Of a DNA stretch of 64,000 nucleotides, positions 48,111-60,638 are shown piece after piece. The number at the start of each line of letters is the position of its first letter. Positions within the stretch are counted from its first letter, which is position 1. The translations under genes were made by a program, and so were the position numbers. Source of the DNA: Podarcis muralis (taxonomy: Eukaryota); the NCBI RefSeq assembly GCF_964188315.1, contig NC_135656.1:38564001-38628000 (forward strand). The letters run 5' to 3'. The notes beneath the pieces are model-generated. The model worked only from the letters and a program-made list of their open reading frames with translations. It was not told where the DNA came from and did not search any database.

Positions 48111-49589
48111 CAGCGAAGCTTACTCTGACTTTGCTTTTGATTAAGGACTTGTCCTCACTAGAGTTTACTGTGTGCTTGTTGCTGTTTGCATTCCCATTTA
48201 ATTTGCATAGTCCATATGATATGACCCTCAAACAACACCAATCTCAATGCTTTCCCTCTGTAAATTCAGGTTTACTCAATACAGGGATAATTTAACAAGT
48301 TGTGGGAAATTATGCTCCAAACTGCTCCACTCAGGGTTGCAGACTTTGTTTTTTTAATTGATGCGTGGATCAGTTGTCACTTTCTCCTACTCCCCTTTCC
48401 AAGCCCACTACTTTCTTAATGCTTTCATTCCTTTTCTCTGCTTGTAACTATTTCTCGTATATTCGTGAATGGAGCACTATTATTATTATTATTACCCTTC
48501 AGATTTGGACAAAACCAGAAAGAAAGAAAAATTACAGTTTCCTTTTGCACACTTCTTGGGCAGGGATTTTTTTTTAAAAAAAGTAATATTAATAAAATAT
48601 GCACACAACTACCTGCACACATGCCCTGTTGGTGCTTAACTGGCATAATGGAATCACACAATTAGAAGGCTGGGAAAGGGAATGCCTTCTGGTATGAATG
48701 GGAAAGACCAAAATTACTTACCACTTACAGATTCAAATGCATGCAGGTGTGGATAACTCCATTCTAATTCAAGTGGGGGGGAGTGCTTTATCTATTGATA
48801 AACAATGCTCAAATGTGGACAGGCCCTTTAGAAGACTTTTCAGAATGGATTAGTAGAACAGCTCATAGCACATTGGAAACCATTTGTAAGTGTGGAGCCT
48901 TCTTGCCACTTTTGCAAGTTTGCATTTTGGTTATTTCTTCCACCTCCATTTTTCTTTTGCCTCTCTTATGTGTTCAGTTTATCCATATGTTTTATCTTAT
49001 GCTGCTCTGTGACTGAAATAAAGTTTGATACTGATACTCTTTTTCCTCTCAGTTCTTACATTTCTGGAAATCCTATATGGTAATAGTAAGCTCATTCTCC
49101 AGTTATGAATCCTTACGTAGCTAAAATGGCACCATTCATGTACAAGGGCAAGGCACCGTCAGGTGGCGGGGGGACGGGGACCCCAAGACATGCAGAAATT
49201 CAAAAAACCTTTACAGGTGGGCACATAATGCTGATTGGCTATTGTGGGAGGTGGGGGTGAAATATCCTGAAAGATGGCATGGCTGGAACCCTGAACAGGG
49301 CATTCTACACTGCAACATTTTGTTGCAGATTCCTCTAGCAAAATAGTACTTTGCTCCATGATTGATATGTGCAGATGCAGACAGTACAGATGAGCCATGA
49401 TCAGAGATAGGATGATAAGCTAAAATGACCACTATTCCTAACATCAAGGCTGTTCTTATGTTCTTGCCTGACACAATTCCATGGAAGTCACCAAAGTTCC
49501 ATCTGCCGTGAACTTTGCCCACTACAGCTAATTTCCCTGACCTAAGGTTCTCATCTTCCAACGAGGCCACCTCCAAGTGATACAAAAAT

Positions 49590-49765
49590 ACATATCTGTC
49601 TGGTAAACATCTCTTTTCTAAACCAACTAGATTTTCACACAGACACAACATTTCCCTCCTGCAGTAGATTCCCAAGCCCCTCTCCAATTTTAAATTCTGC
49701 CAGTAATGGGGATTCCGTTTCATCCCTTGGGAGATTACTCCACAGACTCATAGATCTTATTACCA
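49590..49765 (-). mobile_element. Old CR1 3' fragment
   Basis: ..CCTGCAGTAGATTCCCAAG.., GGGAGATTACTCCACAGACT..ATCTTATTACCAGGAAG (reverse of the LDIRKNF-region sequence). Confidence 0.45.
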
Positions 49766-50324
49766 GGAAGGCAGGATTTCCCCATATCTGTCCTCCATTA
49801 GCTAGTTGTTGGATTAGCAATCACTCACTATTCCTAAGCAGTTTCCTCCCTGACAGGCTAAAGTGGTTCCTTTTGCCTTCGTTGTCATTCGTCATGATGA
49901 CAGTCTTAGATCCTCCTCAGAAGAAGTACAATACCTTCACATTAATCAGCATTCAGTTTTTCTACTAGTAAACGTTCAAAGATTTCATGCTGCTATCTAA
50001 ACCAAACTTATTTTCCCCAGGGCCAGTCACCCAGTTAAGATGTCATGTTCAAATCCCATTGCGGCACTTACATTGATCAACCCATACAAAACCATGGCTA
50101 AGCAGAAAATGTTAAACTGTGTTCTCTCTTTTCTGGTTTCAAGCTCACAAAAGCCTTTCAGTCACTACACTGGGAGAGGTGTTTTGTACATTTTGACTGT
50201 ATATGAGAGTGAGTGAAGGATTTGAATATTTCCCTATGTTAAAAACTCCAAATGGGTGGCCATTTGCTCCAATTAACAATTTCCAGCATGGTACCTTCCT
50301 GAACGCGGGTTTCTGCACCTTCCT

Positions 50325-50686
50325 GGGACGTGGGTGGCGCTGTGGGTAAAAGCCTCAGCGCCTAGGGCTTGTCGATCGAAAGGTCAGTGGTTCGAATCCC
50401 CGCGGCGGGGTGCGCTCCTGTTGTTCGGTCCCAGTGCCTGCCAACCTAGCAGTTCGAAAGCACCCCTGGGTGCAAGTAGATAAATAGGGACCGCTTACTA
50501 GCGGGAAGGTAAACGGCGTTTCCGTGTGCGGCTCTGGCTCGCCAGAGCAGCGATGTCACGCTGGCCACGTGACCCGGAAGTGTCTCCGGACAGCGCTGGC
50601 CCCCGGCCTCTTGAGTGAGATGGGCGCACAACCCTAGAGTCTGTCAAGACTGGCCCGTACGGGCAGGAGTACCTTTACCTTTACCT
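50325..50686 (+). mobile_element. Sauria SINE subfamily B, full length
   Basis: GGGACGTGGGTGGCGC.. to TACCTTTACCTTTACCT. TSD ACCTTCCT at 50317-50324 and 50687-50694. Confidence 0.93.
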
Positions 50687-51525
50687 ACCTTCCTGAAAAT
50701 AGTTTCCCCATTCCCATTTTGAGTTAGGGTGGAAACTTTTACCAACCCCACTGCACCACCAGCATGAATCAGTCACCTCCTTCACTGGATGGGCTTCCAC
50801 ACATGTTCAAATGTATCCCCAGCTCCAGCTCTGTGACCTAAGATGCAACAATCTGGGGCCCTCCAATAGTCCATTTATGTACCCCTTTTCACAGAGGGTA
50901 CACCCAGCGGTTTCTAACCCTATGCTCAATTTTCACCAGCTTTGCAGGATTGTATTTGTTTGACCACAGGTCATCAAGGAACAGCCTGTACTCCATTATG
51001 CAGATAGGTGCCAGGCCAGCAGCGCTTGTCTCCCGCAGTGGGGTTGGCTTTGACCACAGAATAATGCTGTTGGGTACAGCTTTGCAATCTCCAGAGCAAG
51101 GCTGTGGGGAGCCAGAGCTCATTGCCACGCTAGGCTGGGGTGACGTAGAGGCCTCCCAGGCACAGCTCTGCCAAGAACCCATTATGTTCTCCAGATGCTG
51201 CTTTTCCTCTCCACAAAGGGCAGCAATTGACACAACAAACCAACTATTTGTGAAATGGTTCTGGAGGGGCAAGCAACCCACATTAAATAGAAACATCTTT
51301 ACCCACCCCCCAAAAAGTGCAGTGGGGAAGAATTCCCGAGACCTGATGTTATACCACTGGGCACAGGCATGGAAATGTGCATGAGAATGAATTTTCCAGA
51401 TGAATGCTTTACCCTCAAGCAACCTAGTGCAGAATTTATTTAGAGAAGTAGAAGGCACTAATGTGGCAGTGCCACAGGAGGCAACTAAGTCAGCTGCTAA
51501 AATTATCTATAATGAGATCTTCTTC

Positions 51526-51775
51526 GAATCATAGGATGGTACAGTAGTACTGGAAAGGACCTGAGGCTATCCTGACCTATTTCTGCACTGAATGATTCGC
51601 CTTGCCCAAGAGGAGCCTGCTAGATCAGGTGAAAGGCCCATCCAATCCAGTATCCTGTTCTTGCAGTGGTCAACCAGAGGCTCATGGGAAGCCCTTGAGC
51701 AGAACTTGAGGAGAACAGTACTTTCTCCACCTGTGATTCCCGGCAACTAGTATTCAAAGGCACCCTGCCTCCACA
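51526..51775 (-). mobile_element. Two adjacent CR1-type 3' end remnants
   Basis: GAATCATAG..TGGAAAGGACC (51526-51600), then GAGCCTGCTAGATCAGG..CCCATCCAATCCAGTATCCTGTTC..CAACTAGTATTCA (51607-51775). Confidence 0.6.
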
Positions 51776-52119
51776 AACATACCAATCCCTATCAGCTTTA
51801 GATTCCATTCAAGATGAGTGCAGTGACCATCCACTTAATAATTTCCCAGTAACCAGGAGAAGCAAGGAAGGGCTTTAGCATACCATTCCAGTGGCCTCTG
51901 CTGAACAGAGTATCAAGAAAGCACCTGTATCATACAGTTCAAAAGGAAAGCAAGCTTGTCGTAGCTTGCAAATAAACTAGTGTGTTTCTCTCTTTCCTTA
52001 TTTTAATCCATGCAGTCACATACATGCCTCTTTCTTTCTGTACGGGGCTATCTTTATTGCCCCCACTACACACATTTATGTAAAATTAAGTCTACAATAC
52101 TCAACACACAGCTCCTGGT

Positions 52120-52372
52120 GGTAGCAGATAACAAATCTTTGCCCTTTTCTATCCGACAGCCCTTCAAGTATTTGAAGAGTGGTATCAGGTCCCTCCCTCC
52201 CTCTTCGCTGTCAGTGTTCCCTTCTCCAACCTAGTTCCTTCAAAATTTCTTCATAAAACTTTTGTACCGTACCCTTAGTAATCCCTCCTCTGAACCTGTT
52301 TTGGTTTGTCAATTTCCTTCTTAAAATGCAGCATTCAGAACTGGGTGGTAAAACTGTTCCTAGTCTGTACCA
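52120..52372 (-). mobile_element. CR1 ORF2 3' fragment
   Basis: GCCCTTCAAGTATTTGAAGAGTGGTATCA.., CTCCTCTGAACC..TTCCTTCTTAAAATGCAGCATTCAGAACTGG. Confidence 0.6.
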
Positions 52373-53336
52373 CTACAGAAGGCAGGTGCGGAGACTGCCT
52401 GAACTCCCCTTATTTTAAAACAAAGAAACAAACTGACATGAGGAAGGATTCTGATCTAGCCTGCTTCTTGACGTATTCACATTCTACATATGGGATTTTA
52501 GACAGGATTTCCCATGCAGGGGCATTCAGAGGTGTAACTCTAGCAACAGACTGATCCAGGAACAGTTTCCCTCATTTGACTATAGCAGACGATGGGAACG
52601 TTACATGAAAAATGGATGGGAACCAAAGTCCAGTAGGAAATAGCCAATAGACCTGATGTGATAGATTTATCACACATATACACACATCAGACTTAGAACT
52701 TGCAGGCTGATGCTTTGACTTCCCACCAGGTGTTTAGTTACAATGCTCTGACCTCTTTACAGAATCTTCTAGACTAGAGGAAATTCTCAGATTGCTCAGA
52801 AACTGGAGGTTCTGAAGCTTTTCATTATTTCAGACAAGAGCATCCCGCCATTAGAAAAGAAGGGAGAAAGGATGCCATCAAAGTGAACAGTCATAATTTG
52901 GAAAAGCACATTGTTATTTCTGGAAAGGGTTCTACAGCTTGCAATTTACAACCTCTGTGAAAAGTTTCAGCTATTTACACAATCCCAGCCTTGAATTGGC
53001 AGCTGTGATATGCCTGCTCTTGTTTTGCTTGTAGGCTTATGTAGCATAATGCGCAAATGCTGAACTGCTCTCTGCCTTTTGCAGTATATGGGGCTTTAAT
53101 TTATGTGATGTGGACGAATGATTTGTGATTGAAACGCTTCATAAAAATCTGTTTCATCTTTGGAACCAATAAAGAATAATCTGTTTCTGCTTCCTTCAAT
53201 GCAAGATACGGAGAAGCATTTTAATTTCCTTATGGTTTTCTTAAACAAGGTGGCGTTTAACACAGAACAGAAATGGGATCTCTTGAACAACCTGCCTGGA
53301 GTTACTACGGGGCAGTGAAACCAACGAGCTTTAACG

Positions 53337-53632
53337 CAGGGGTCAGCAAACTTTTTCAGCAGGGGCCCAGTCCACTGTCCCTCAGACCTTGTGGGGGGCC
53401 AAACTATATATTTGGGGGGGGGTGTATGAATGAATTCCTATGCCCCACAAATAACCCAGAGGTGCAATTTAAATAAAAGCACACATTCTACTCATGTAAA
53501 AACACCAGACAGGCCCCACAAATAACCCAGAGATGCATTTTAAATAAAAGGACACATTCTACTCATGTAAAAACATGCTGATTCCCAGGGAGTCTGTGGG
53601 CTGGATAGAAGGCCTTAGTTTGCCTACCCATG
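53337..53632. mobile_element. hAT non-autonomous element, copy 2, with an internal 71-bp tandem duplication
   Basis: CAGGGGTCAGCAAAC..TTTGCCTACCCATG. TSD CTTTAACG / CTTTAAAG. The unit GCCCCACAAATAACCCAGAG.. starts at 53442 and again at 53513. Confidence 0.9.
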
Positions 53633-53934
53633 CTTTAAAGCATAGCTTGACTTTAGGCAGTTTGCTTGACTATTATGAGGAATTTTCACCCTTCTATAGA
53701 TGTATCATCTGGACAGGTGCTAAACTTTTGCATTGAGGAGATGCTATAGTAGGATAGGACAAGTAATGTTCTTCAGGTCAGTTGGTTGGCATCCCTCTGT
53801 CTTGGGAGACAATGGTGCAGAGCACCTTTTGGGATGAAGTCAAACCATTGGAGAGTTACTCTATAGTTGTGGCTGTAGAGACTGATATGGAGAGACATGG
53901 GGTTTTTTTTGCATTGGGTAGTAACTGGTGGAAC

Positions 53935-54292
53935 GGGACGCGGGTGGCGCTGTGGGTAAAAGCCTCAGCGCCTAGGGCTTGCCGATCGAAAGGTCGGCGG
54001 TTCGAATCCCCGCAGCGGGGTGCGCTCCCGCTGCTTGGTCCCAGCGCCTGCCAACCTAGCAGTTCGAAAGCACCCCCGGGTGCAAGTAGATAAATAGGGA
54101 CCGCTTACTGGTGGGAAGGTAAACGGCGTTCCGTGTGCTGCGCTGGCTCGCCAGATGCAGCTTGTCATGCTGGCCACATGACCCGGAAGTGTCTTCGGAC
54201 AGCGCTGGCCCCCGGCCTATAGAGTGAGATGGGTGCACAACCCTAGAGTCTGTCAAGACTGGCCCATATGGGCAGGGGTACCTTTACCTTTT
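53935..54292 (+). mobile_element. Sauria SINE subfamily B, full length
   Basis: GGGACGCGGGTGGCGC.. to TACCTTTACCTTTT. Perfect 14-bp TSD TAGTAACTGGTGGA at 53919-53932 and 54293-54306. Confidence 0.94.
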
Positions 54293-55194
54293 TAGTAACT
54301 GGTGGAGTTGTAATTTTCTTCAGTTGCTTGTATCATAGTGGGAGTGCAAGGGCAACTGGATATATGTTATGAAACAATGAGGCCTCTTGGCATGTTATGA
54401 CCACCATCTGGAAGCCTCTTGAAACAGCCTGTGCATGATGGCTACACCATATGCCAGTGGCCTGTCACCTGGACTGTGCCCATCATGAAGAGTTTCTATG
54501 CTTCCACCAAGCACTTCCAGAAGTGTCTGGTGATGGGAGTGGAAACTCCATACAAGTAGGACACTCTACATGTTTTGATCACCATGTGGAGCAACATTCA
54601 GCCTGTTTCCACTGGCCTTCACATGATGCATGGCCACTTTGAGAACTGGGAATTCCAATTGCCATCTTAATATAACACCAAGGAATGACTACCTGGTGGA
54701 CTGTATTTTATTCTGAAAAGGGATGAACTGGGTCCAGCACACCAACAAATACTTTTTAAAAGCTAAATACAGAGACTTTTAATAAAATGCATTCCAGCCC
54801 ATAAAGGAACAGCACATTGATTTTCTTGAGACATGTACTATTTAGAGTCTCTGCAAAAACAAATAAAATGCCCATTACAAAACAAGTACTTAGAAGAAAA
54901 TGCTGTGGAAAACTCTCGGGAGAACACTGTGTTTTAATATGGTCTGTGTACAGTGCATCATTGCTGGTCTGCTAAAAACTGTGCTCTAACAGAGCAAAAA
55001 TGCATCTGCATTCCTTCAGGGTAAAAATATTCATGTGCAGACATCATAGTGAATCACAGAAATTTTCCCCCTCTCTCTTTTTCTCCTGAAGCTTCTAGAA
55101 GTTCATCTCACTTAAAACTAGTGGTAGTCATTGTTGTTCAAAGTACCTGCTGGGACCTAGCTTGCTGAATGAACAGTACTGTTGCATCTATTTT

Positions 55195-55350
55195 GTCTCT
55201 ATGCCTTATATATCATACCATTGATCTATCTAGCTCGGTCTTGTCTACACTGGTTGGCAGCAGCTGTCCAGGCTCTTGAGGTATTTCGCATAACTTGGGA
55301 TTTTCTTCATGGACTTACCACTGGACCTTTGTGAAAGTATGTGCTTCAGT
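55195..55350 (-). mobile_element. tRNA-Ala-type SINE, degraded
   Basis: TGCCTTATA..ACCATTGATCTATCTAGCTC..GTCTACACTGGTTGGCAGCAGC. Confidence 0.6.
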
Positions 55351-55439
55351 TCTTTAGGTGATTAATAACTGGGAAATCATGACTGAATGCCTGGTTGGAA
55401 TCAAGCAATAATAGCATATTCTTCCTGCAAACTTGGTGC

Positions 55440-55650
55440 AGTGCCATTACTAAAAATGTGACCTATTCCTGATTTGAAATCTCACTTCTGCTAGGTACTT
55501 GCTAGAGAAATGTGGCTTCACTAAGACTAATACCCCAACTGATCTGCAATATTATGCTAGCCTACTTTAAAGTGTCATTATGAGAGAGAATGATTGTGAA
55601 GTGCTTTGAACACTTGACATGTACTATATCAGTGCAAAGAAATATTATTC
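55440..55650 (+). mobile_element. Very old MIR/Ther1-like SINE remnant
   Basis: Tail ATGATTGTGAAGTGCTTTGAACAC..TACTATATCAGTGC resembles the L2/MIR 3' end. Confidence 0.4.
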
Positions 55651-56140
55651 TGCTGACCTTTTCCCTGTTTTTCTCAAAACTCTTTACTGCTCAGCTCCTT
55701 GGTCCCATCTCCCTCTGCTCTCTTTCTCCAAAAGTCTCATAGAAGCTAATTGTTGCCAACTTACATCTCTTGGCTTCACTTTTTTTACTTTAGCAGTCAT
55801 CTTGTGACTGAGTTCACCATGAGTAATTTAATAATTGGCTAGACCAAGACTATTAAATGTAATGTAATGATCTCTTTGTGGGGTGCCCTTGAAGACTATT
55901 TGGAAATTTCAGTGCAGTTACTTGTAGGTCTGTGGAGGCAGATATATAGCTGCTTTGTTGTTGTTGTTGTTTGCTGTTTACAATCTTCCTGTTTGGTTCC
56001 ATGCTCTGTTCCAAGTGCATCTTACAACATTTAAAGTCCTACAGATTATGGATTTGATATATCCTATGGAACAGCTTTTCCTAAATGGCCTCTCCGTTCG
56101 CAATCGCTAGCTAGAAAAATCAGGCAACAGGTAATGGGAA

Positions 56141-56378
56141 AGAAGAGTTTGGATTTGATATCCCGCTTTATCACTACCCAAAGGAGTCTCAAAGTGGCTA
56201 ACATTCTCCTTTCCCTTCCTCCCCCACAACAAACACTCTGTGAGGTGAGTGAGGGTGAGAGACTTCAGAGAAGTGTGACTGGCCCAAGGTCACCCAGCAG
56301 CTGCATGTGGAGGAGCAGAGACGCGAACCCGGTTCACCAGATTACGAGGCTACCACTCTTAACCACTACACCACACTG
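56141..56378 (-). mobile_element. Squam3-type SINE, nearly full length
   Basis: Nearly identical to 9021 and 23650. TGGGAAAGA occurs at both ends as a probable TSD. Confidence 0.9.
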
Positions 56379-56744
56379 GGAAAGACACAATACTGATACA
56401 GATGGGCAAATAGTTTGACATGGTACATAGCAGCTTGCTATCTGTTGAGGTCAGCTGAGGGTGAAACTAGATATGACATGCTTTCCATCTACAGTCCTTG
56501 TATGGATTAAATGAAAACAAATGGTGGACAGGATGACACCAGAACAGGTCTGTGGCATGGTGGCGGGGTGTGTGTGTGCTTTAACCATTTGTCATGGTTC
56601 AAACAGAGTGTGGTAGGTGGGCATGCCCACTATTTTCCTCCCTCAAAGGCATCCATACAAGAGCTAAAGATGTCAATAACACCATGCCTAATTTATTCTT
56701 CAAAGATTTTGTTGGGCGTTCCTCACTAATGGAGGGCTTAGGAA

Positions 56745-56840
56745 CGCAGGAAGCTGCTTTAGGAAGTCAGCCCATTGATCTATCTAGTTCAGTATTATCA
56801 ACACTGACCGGCAGCAGCTCTCTGGGATTTAAGGCAACTT
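56745..56840 (-). mobile_element. tRNA-Ala-type SINE 3' fragment
   Basis: GGAAGCTGCTTT..GTCAG.CCATTGATCTATCTAGTTCAGTATTATCAACACTGACCGGCAGCAGCTCTC. Confidence 0.6.
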
Positions 56841-56937
56841 TTAGAAGCTTCCTCAAGATGAGTGGATTGGTAAAAAGGAAAGTCAAAGTCAAGAGGGCCA
56901 AGTTACTCCAAAATACTTGGGAGCTGTTTTAAACATA

Positions 56938-57179
56938 CAGTGGTACCTCGGGTTACATACGCTTCAGGTTACATATGCTTCAGGTTACAGACTCCGCTAA
57001 CCCAGAAATAGTGCTTCAGGTTAAGAACTTTGCTTCAGGATGAGAACAGAAATTGTGCTCTGGCGGCGCGGCAGCAGCAGGAGGCCCCATTAGCTAAAGT
57101 GGTGCTTCAGGTTAAGAACACTTTCAGGTTAAGTACGGACCTCCGGAACGAATTAAGTACTTAACCCGAGGTACCACTG
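56938..57179. mobile_element. pogo/Tigger-like MITE, copy 3 (opposite orientation)
   Basis: TA|CAGTGGTACCTCGGGTTA...TAACCCGAGGTACCACTG|TA, 242 bp, with perfect 18-bp TIRs. Confidence 0.92.
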
Positions 57180-59152
57180 TACAATATTAGAAGTTTAACA
57201 GGAGTGAATACCACAGATCAGCAAAGGTAGCATGAGGGCCAAGAGGATGCTAGTGTGGTTAATGAGCAGAGTCAAAAGAAGCCGTTAGAGACAAAAAGGT
57301 ATCCTTCAAAAAATGGAAATCTTTTCCAAATGAAGGGAACAAAAAGGAACACAAACATTGGCCAAAAAATGTTTTGAAGAAACTAGGGGATGCAAAAAAA
57401 AAGAATTTGAGAGGCACACATGCGCACGCGCACACAAAATCATTAAGACAAACCTCACTGTTATCTCTTAGGTGTCCTGTTAAGGTTTTTTTTGTGGATT
57501 TATACACTGGCTTTCAGAATGTCTTCTCACAAGGTAGTTTTACAATACAATTAATAGTTTAGGCAGAGTATTTGTAAACCACTTTCTGTACTTTGAGTGG
57601 AAAAGTGGAAAATACACTATTAAAATAAATAATAATACAAACATAAATACATTTTTAAGAACCATGAAAACAGATGCAAGTCAAACAAATAAACAAATGC
57701 AATGCAAACAGGTCCAAACACCAGAAAGTGACAGTCATTCATACTTCCTTCTTCCTTGAATTATAACATCCAAAGCCCTTTTATGCGTAATGAATTAGTA
57801 CAGCTGCCATACATAGGAAGTGGGAGATGGATTGGTTGGGTAGCAAATGATTTTTTCTTTGAGGAATCAATTGCTTTTGAACTAAGCATATTATGTACAG
57901 GATCTCCTATTTATCTGTGGTTTAAACTCTTATTGCTTCTTAGGGCGAGTACAAAAACACTGGGTTATATCGTCACTAGAAGGCATTTGACTTGATAATG
58001 ACAGCATCCCCACCCCCTGAAAAATCTTACAAATATGTTTAACATGTTGATACAATGAGACAACACAACATCATTTCATTATTCCAGGAATATGCCAATC
58101 TGAGAATAACCAAACATTGCACAGCAAAACAAGATGCCACAAAGCTGGGGTTTTAGATTGCCGCAGTGAGCATTTCTGTTTAAACAGAAACAGATTTTTG
58201 GCATTAAATGCTTTGTGAACAGTTACAAAGATGGTAGGATAGGTCTCAGTGAGGCCTGTGCTACATGCATGTCTCCAGATTGCAAAACCTCTGGCACATG
58301 AGGCCAAGTGGTGTCTCTGGAATTAAGGTCCTTGGAAAGCTTTCCAAGCTTAACTGATGAAAAAGAATTAAGACAAACTCTTCCTAAGTTACTCAGATCC
58401 CCTTATTGCTTCATTGTAGGGCCTTTTCGGCGGGTGCACCAGTATTGTGAGATACCTTGGCTTCCTCTCCAGTTGTTTTTGGCAATGTGGCAAAAGCATT
58501 TTGATTCCGAAAGACTTTTGCCTGCTAAGATCATTTTTCGCTGTGGTCTCTGCCATTGTTGCTTTTAAATGGATTTTAATGTTATGTATTCTATCTGTTG
58601 TATAGTTATAGAGCCCTGCCAGCAGAAGCCCATGCAAAACTTGCACTAGCACAATGGAACTTTCCCCCACTTTTCTTCCCTTTGCCTCCCATGCCCACAT
58701 TTACTTGGGGGAGAGGCAGGATAACCACACACCCCCGACAGCACACAGAGGGAAGAGAGGACAGATCATTCCATCAGGCAAGCAGAAATGTCTGTGCTGC
58801 CACAGCAATTTCCTTTAGTGCTGAGTTGAATTCCTCCCAATGTATTTTTATTGTTTTGTTCTTGTGTTTTAATATATTTTATTGAACAGTGATTCTGAAA
58901 TGCAGTAAGTGGCCCTGAGTGGTGCATGGGCACCAGAAGGATGGGGCAGAATTTGTTAAGGCTAGACAGACATCGTAACTGTGAATTAATGCAGCATTAG
59001 TGGTGAAGCTTATACACTACAATAATGACATTTCTTAGCAAGGCATGCAGAGGACAAGGAGATAATGTGGAACTTTAGAAAAGAAGTGATGCCATAGCAT
59101 CTGCCTTCCTGTTTCCTGTTCAGTCTAGGCTACTCTGTAGCGTGGTCCAGAC

Positions 59153-59579
59153 TAGGGGTGAGAAATTTCTGCTCGCATTTTAATTTGAACCTACCTAATT
59201 TGCACTTTCCTAACTAACATGCAAACCAGAAAACAGCTCTTTTGAAATTCACACTAATTTGAATTTTGCAGTGCAGTTATCTAATCAAAGAGTGTGCACA
59301 AAAATTGCTGTACTACTGAAAAACACACACCCAGATGCTTGTATTGGGGAAAACGATGTACAAAATGCATTCCATTAGGGGGAAATTGCTTGCAAAAATG
59401 TATATACTAGGCAAATTTGCATACAAAAATGAGTATATTAGGAGAAACATGCATTAAAATGCATACAACTTTTAATGGTGACATTTTAAAAATATGCAAA
59501 CGTATGCAGAAATGGGGTGAAATGAACTTAAGATGGGGAGGGTGAGAGAAACAGAAATTGACAGATTTGTCAAAGCCTA
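59153..59579. mobile_element. Old AT-rich hAT-like element
   Basis: Ends TAGGGG.. / ..GCCTA with near-duplicated flanks GTCCAGAC / GCTCCAGAC. The interior has repeated ATGCA/TGCAT motifs. Confidence 0.45.
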
Positions 59580-60638
59580 GCTCCAGACCTTACAGAGGTG
59601 TTGCCCTGTTTTCCTCTGCACCTGATCAGCCATTTTCAGTGGTATGAAATGTCCCTGCTCTGAACTGGGTACCCAGCTTGTCTGCTAGCTATCATATGGC
59701 AGCCTGCCAGAGGGCCCTGCCTTGGCAGAAGCTGCCTGCCAGAGGGTGAAGCGAGGTGATGAGAACAGGACCCTGGGAGCCTCCAGCCAAAGTAGAACAT
59801 GAGCTGGTTGTTAAGTCTTGCACAGAACACGACCAGTACTGAACGATTAATGGGAAAAACCATCACATTTATTGCGAGAAAACAAAATTTGTGATTGCTG
59901 CGGCAATGACATCATCAACTGCACTGCCAGTATAAATAGCATTTGGAGAATTTGCTTGTTTTGTGCTATTTAAAATTACCGTGTGGGAGCCTGTTTCAAA
60001 GCGGGTGTGCACACACAAGTGCATAGGAACAACGAGGTAGCCATCTTAATGTTTATCTTAAATGTTTATTTATAAAGTCAGTGTCCCCTGCACCTAAAAT
60101 GGACATTTTTCTACTCTAAAACATATTTTAATTATGGAAAATATATTTTATATACTGCCATTTCTCTCCCTGCTTTTATAGGGATGTTTATAAACAAACT
60201 TACAAATATGTATACATGGACAGAACAAAAAATGAATGTTTCCTGGTGAAGAGGTTGTCACACGCAGAATACAATGCAATGAGAAAGAAAAAGAAAAAGA
60301 TCCCCCCCAAAAACAGTATATGTGAGGATGTACCCTAAGAATGTTTATTCAGAAGTCAGTCCCATGCAACTTACTCCCCGGTTAAATGATCTTAGGATTG
60401 TGGGCTAAGGTATCATAAACGTAAGACACATATACTCTAAAAGAAAAAGACAGTTACGCTACACAACAAATAGCATGCTCCTATTCTTAAGCTTTGGGAC
60501 ATGTTTCTGTACCAGATCTATATTGTGCATTAATGCTTAAATTGTGCTGGATATCACCTTTATCCAGAAATCACATCCTATGCCATGGATATCCTTCTTC
60601 CAGTATGGGAACTAACTTTCCTGATGAGGAAAGGCACT

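Noticed and set aside
49211-49723. 170-aa minus-strand ORF
   Set aside because: Its N-terminal part overlaps a decayed CR1 fragment and the rest has no recognisable motif. Most likely chance.
50570-50605. GGACAGCGC as a REST/NRSE site
   Set aside because: Only the right half-site is present, and it is part of the SINE consensus.
53442-53583. Direct repeats as a CRISPR-like array
   Set aside because: Two adjacent units with no unique spacer, inside a eukaryotic hAT element. No cas-like ORFs anywhere in the window.
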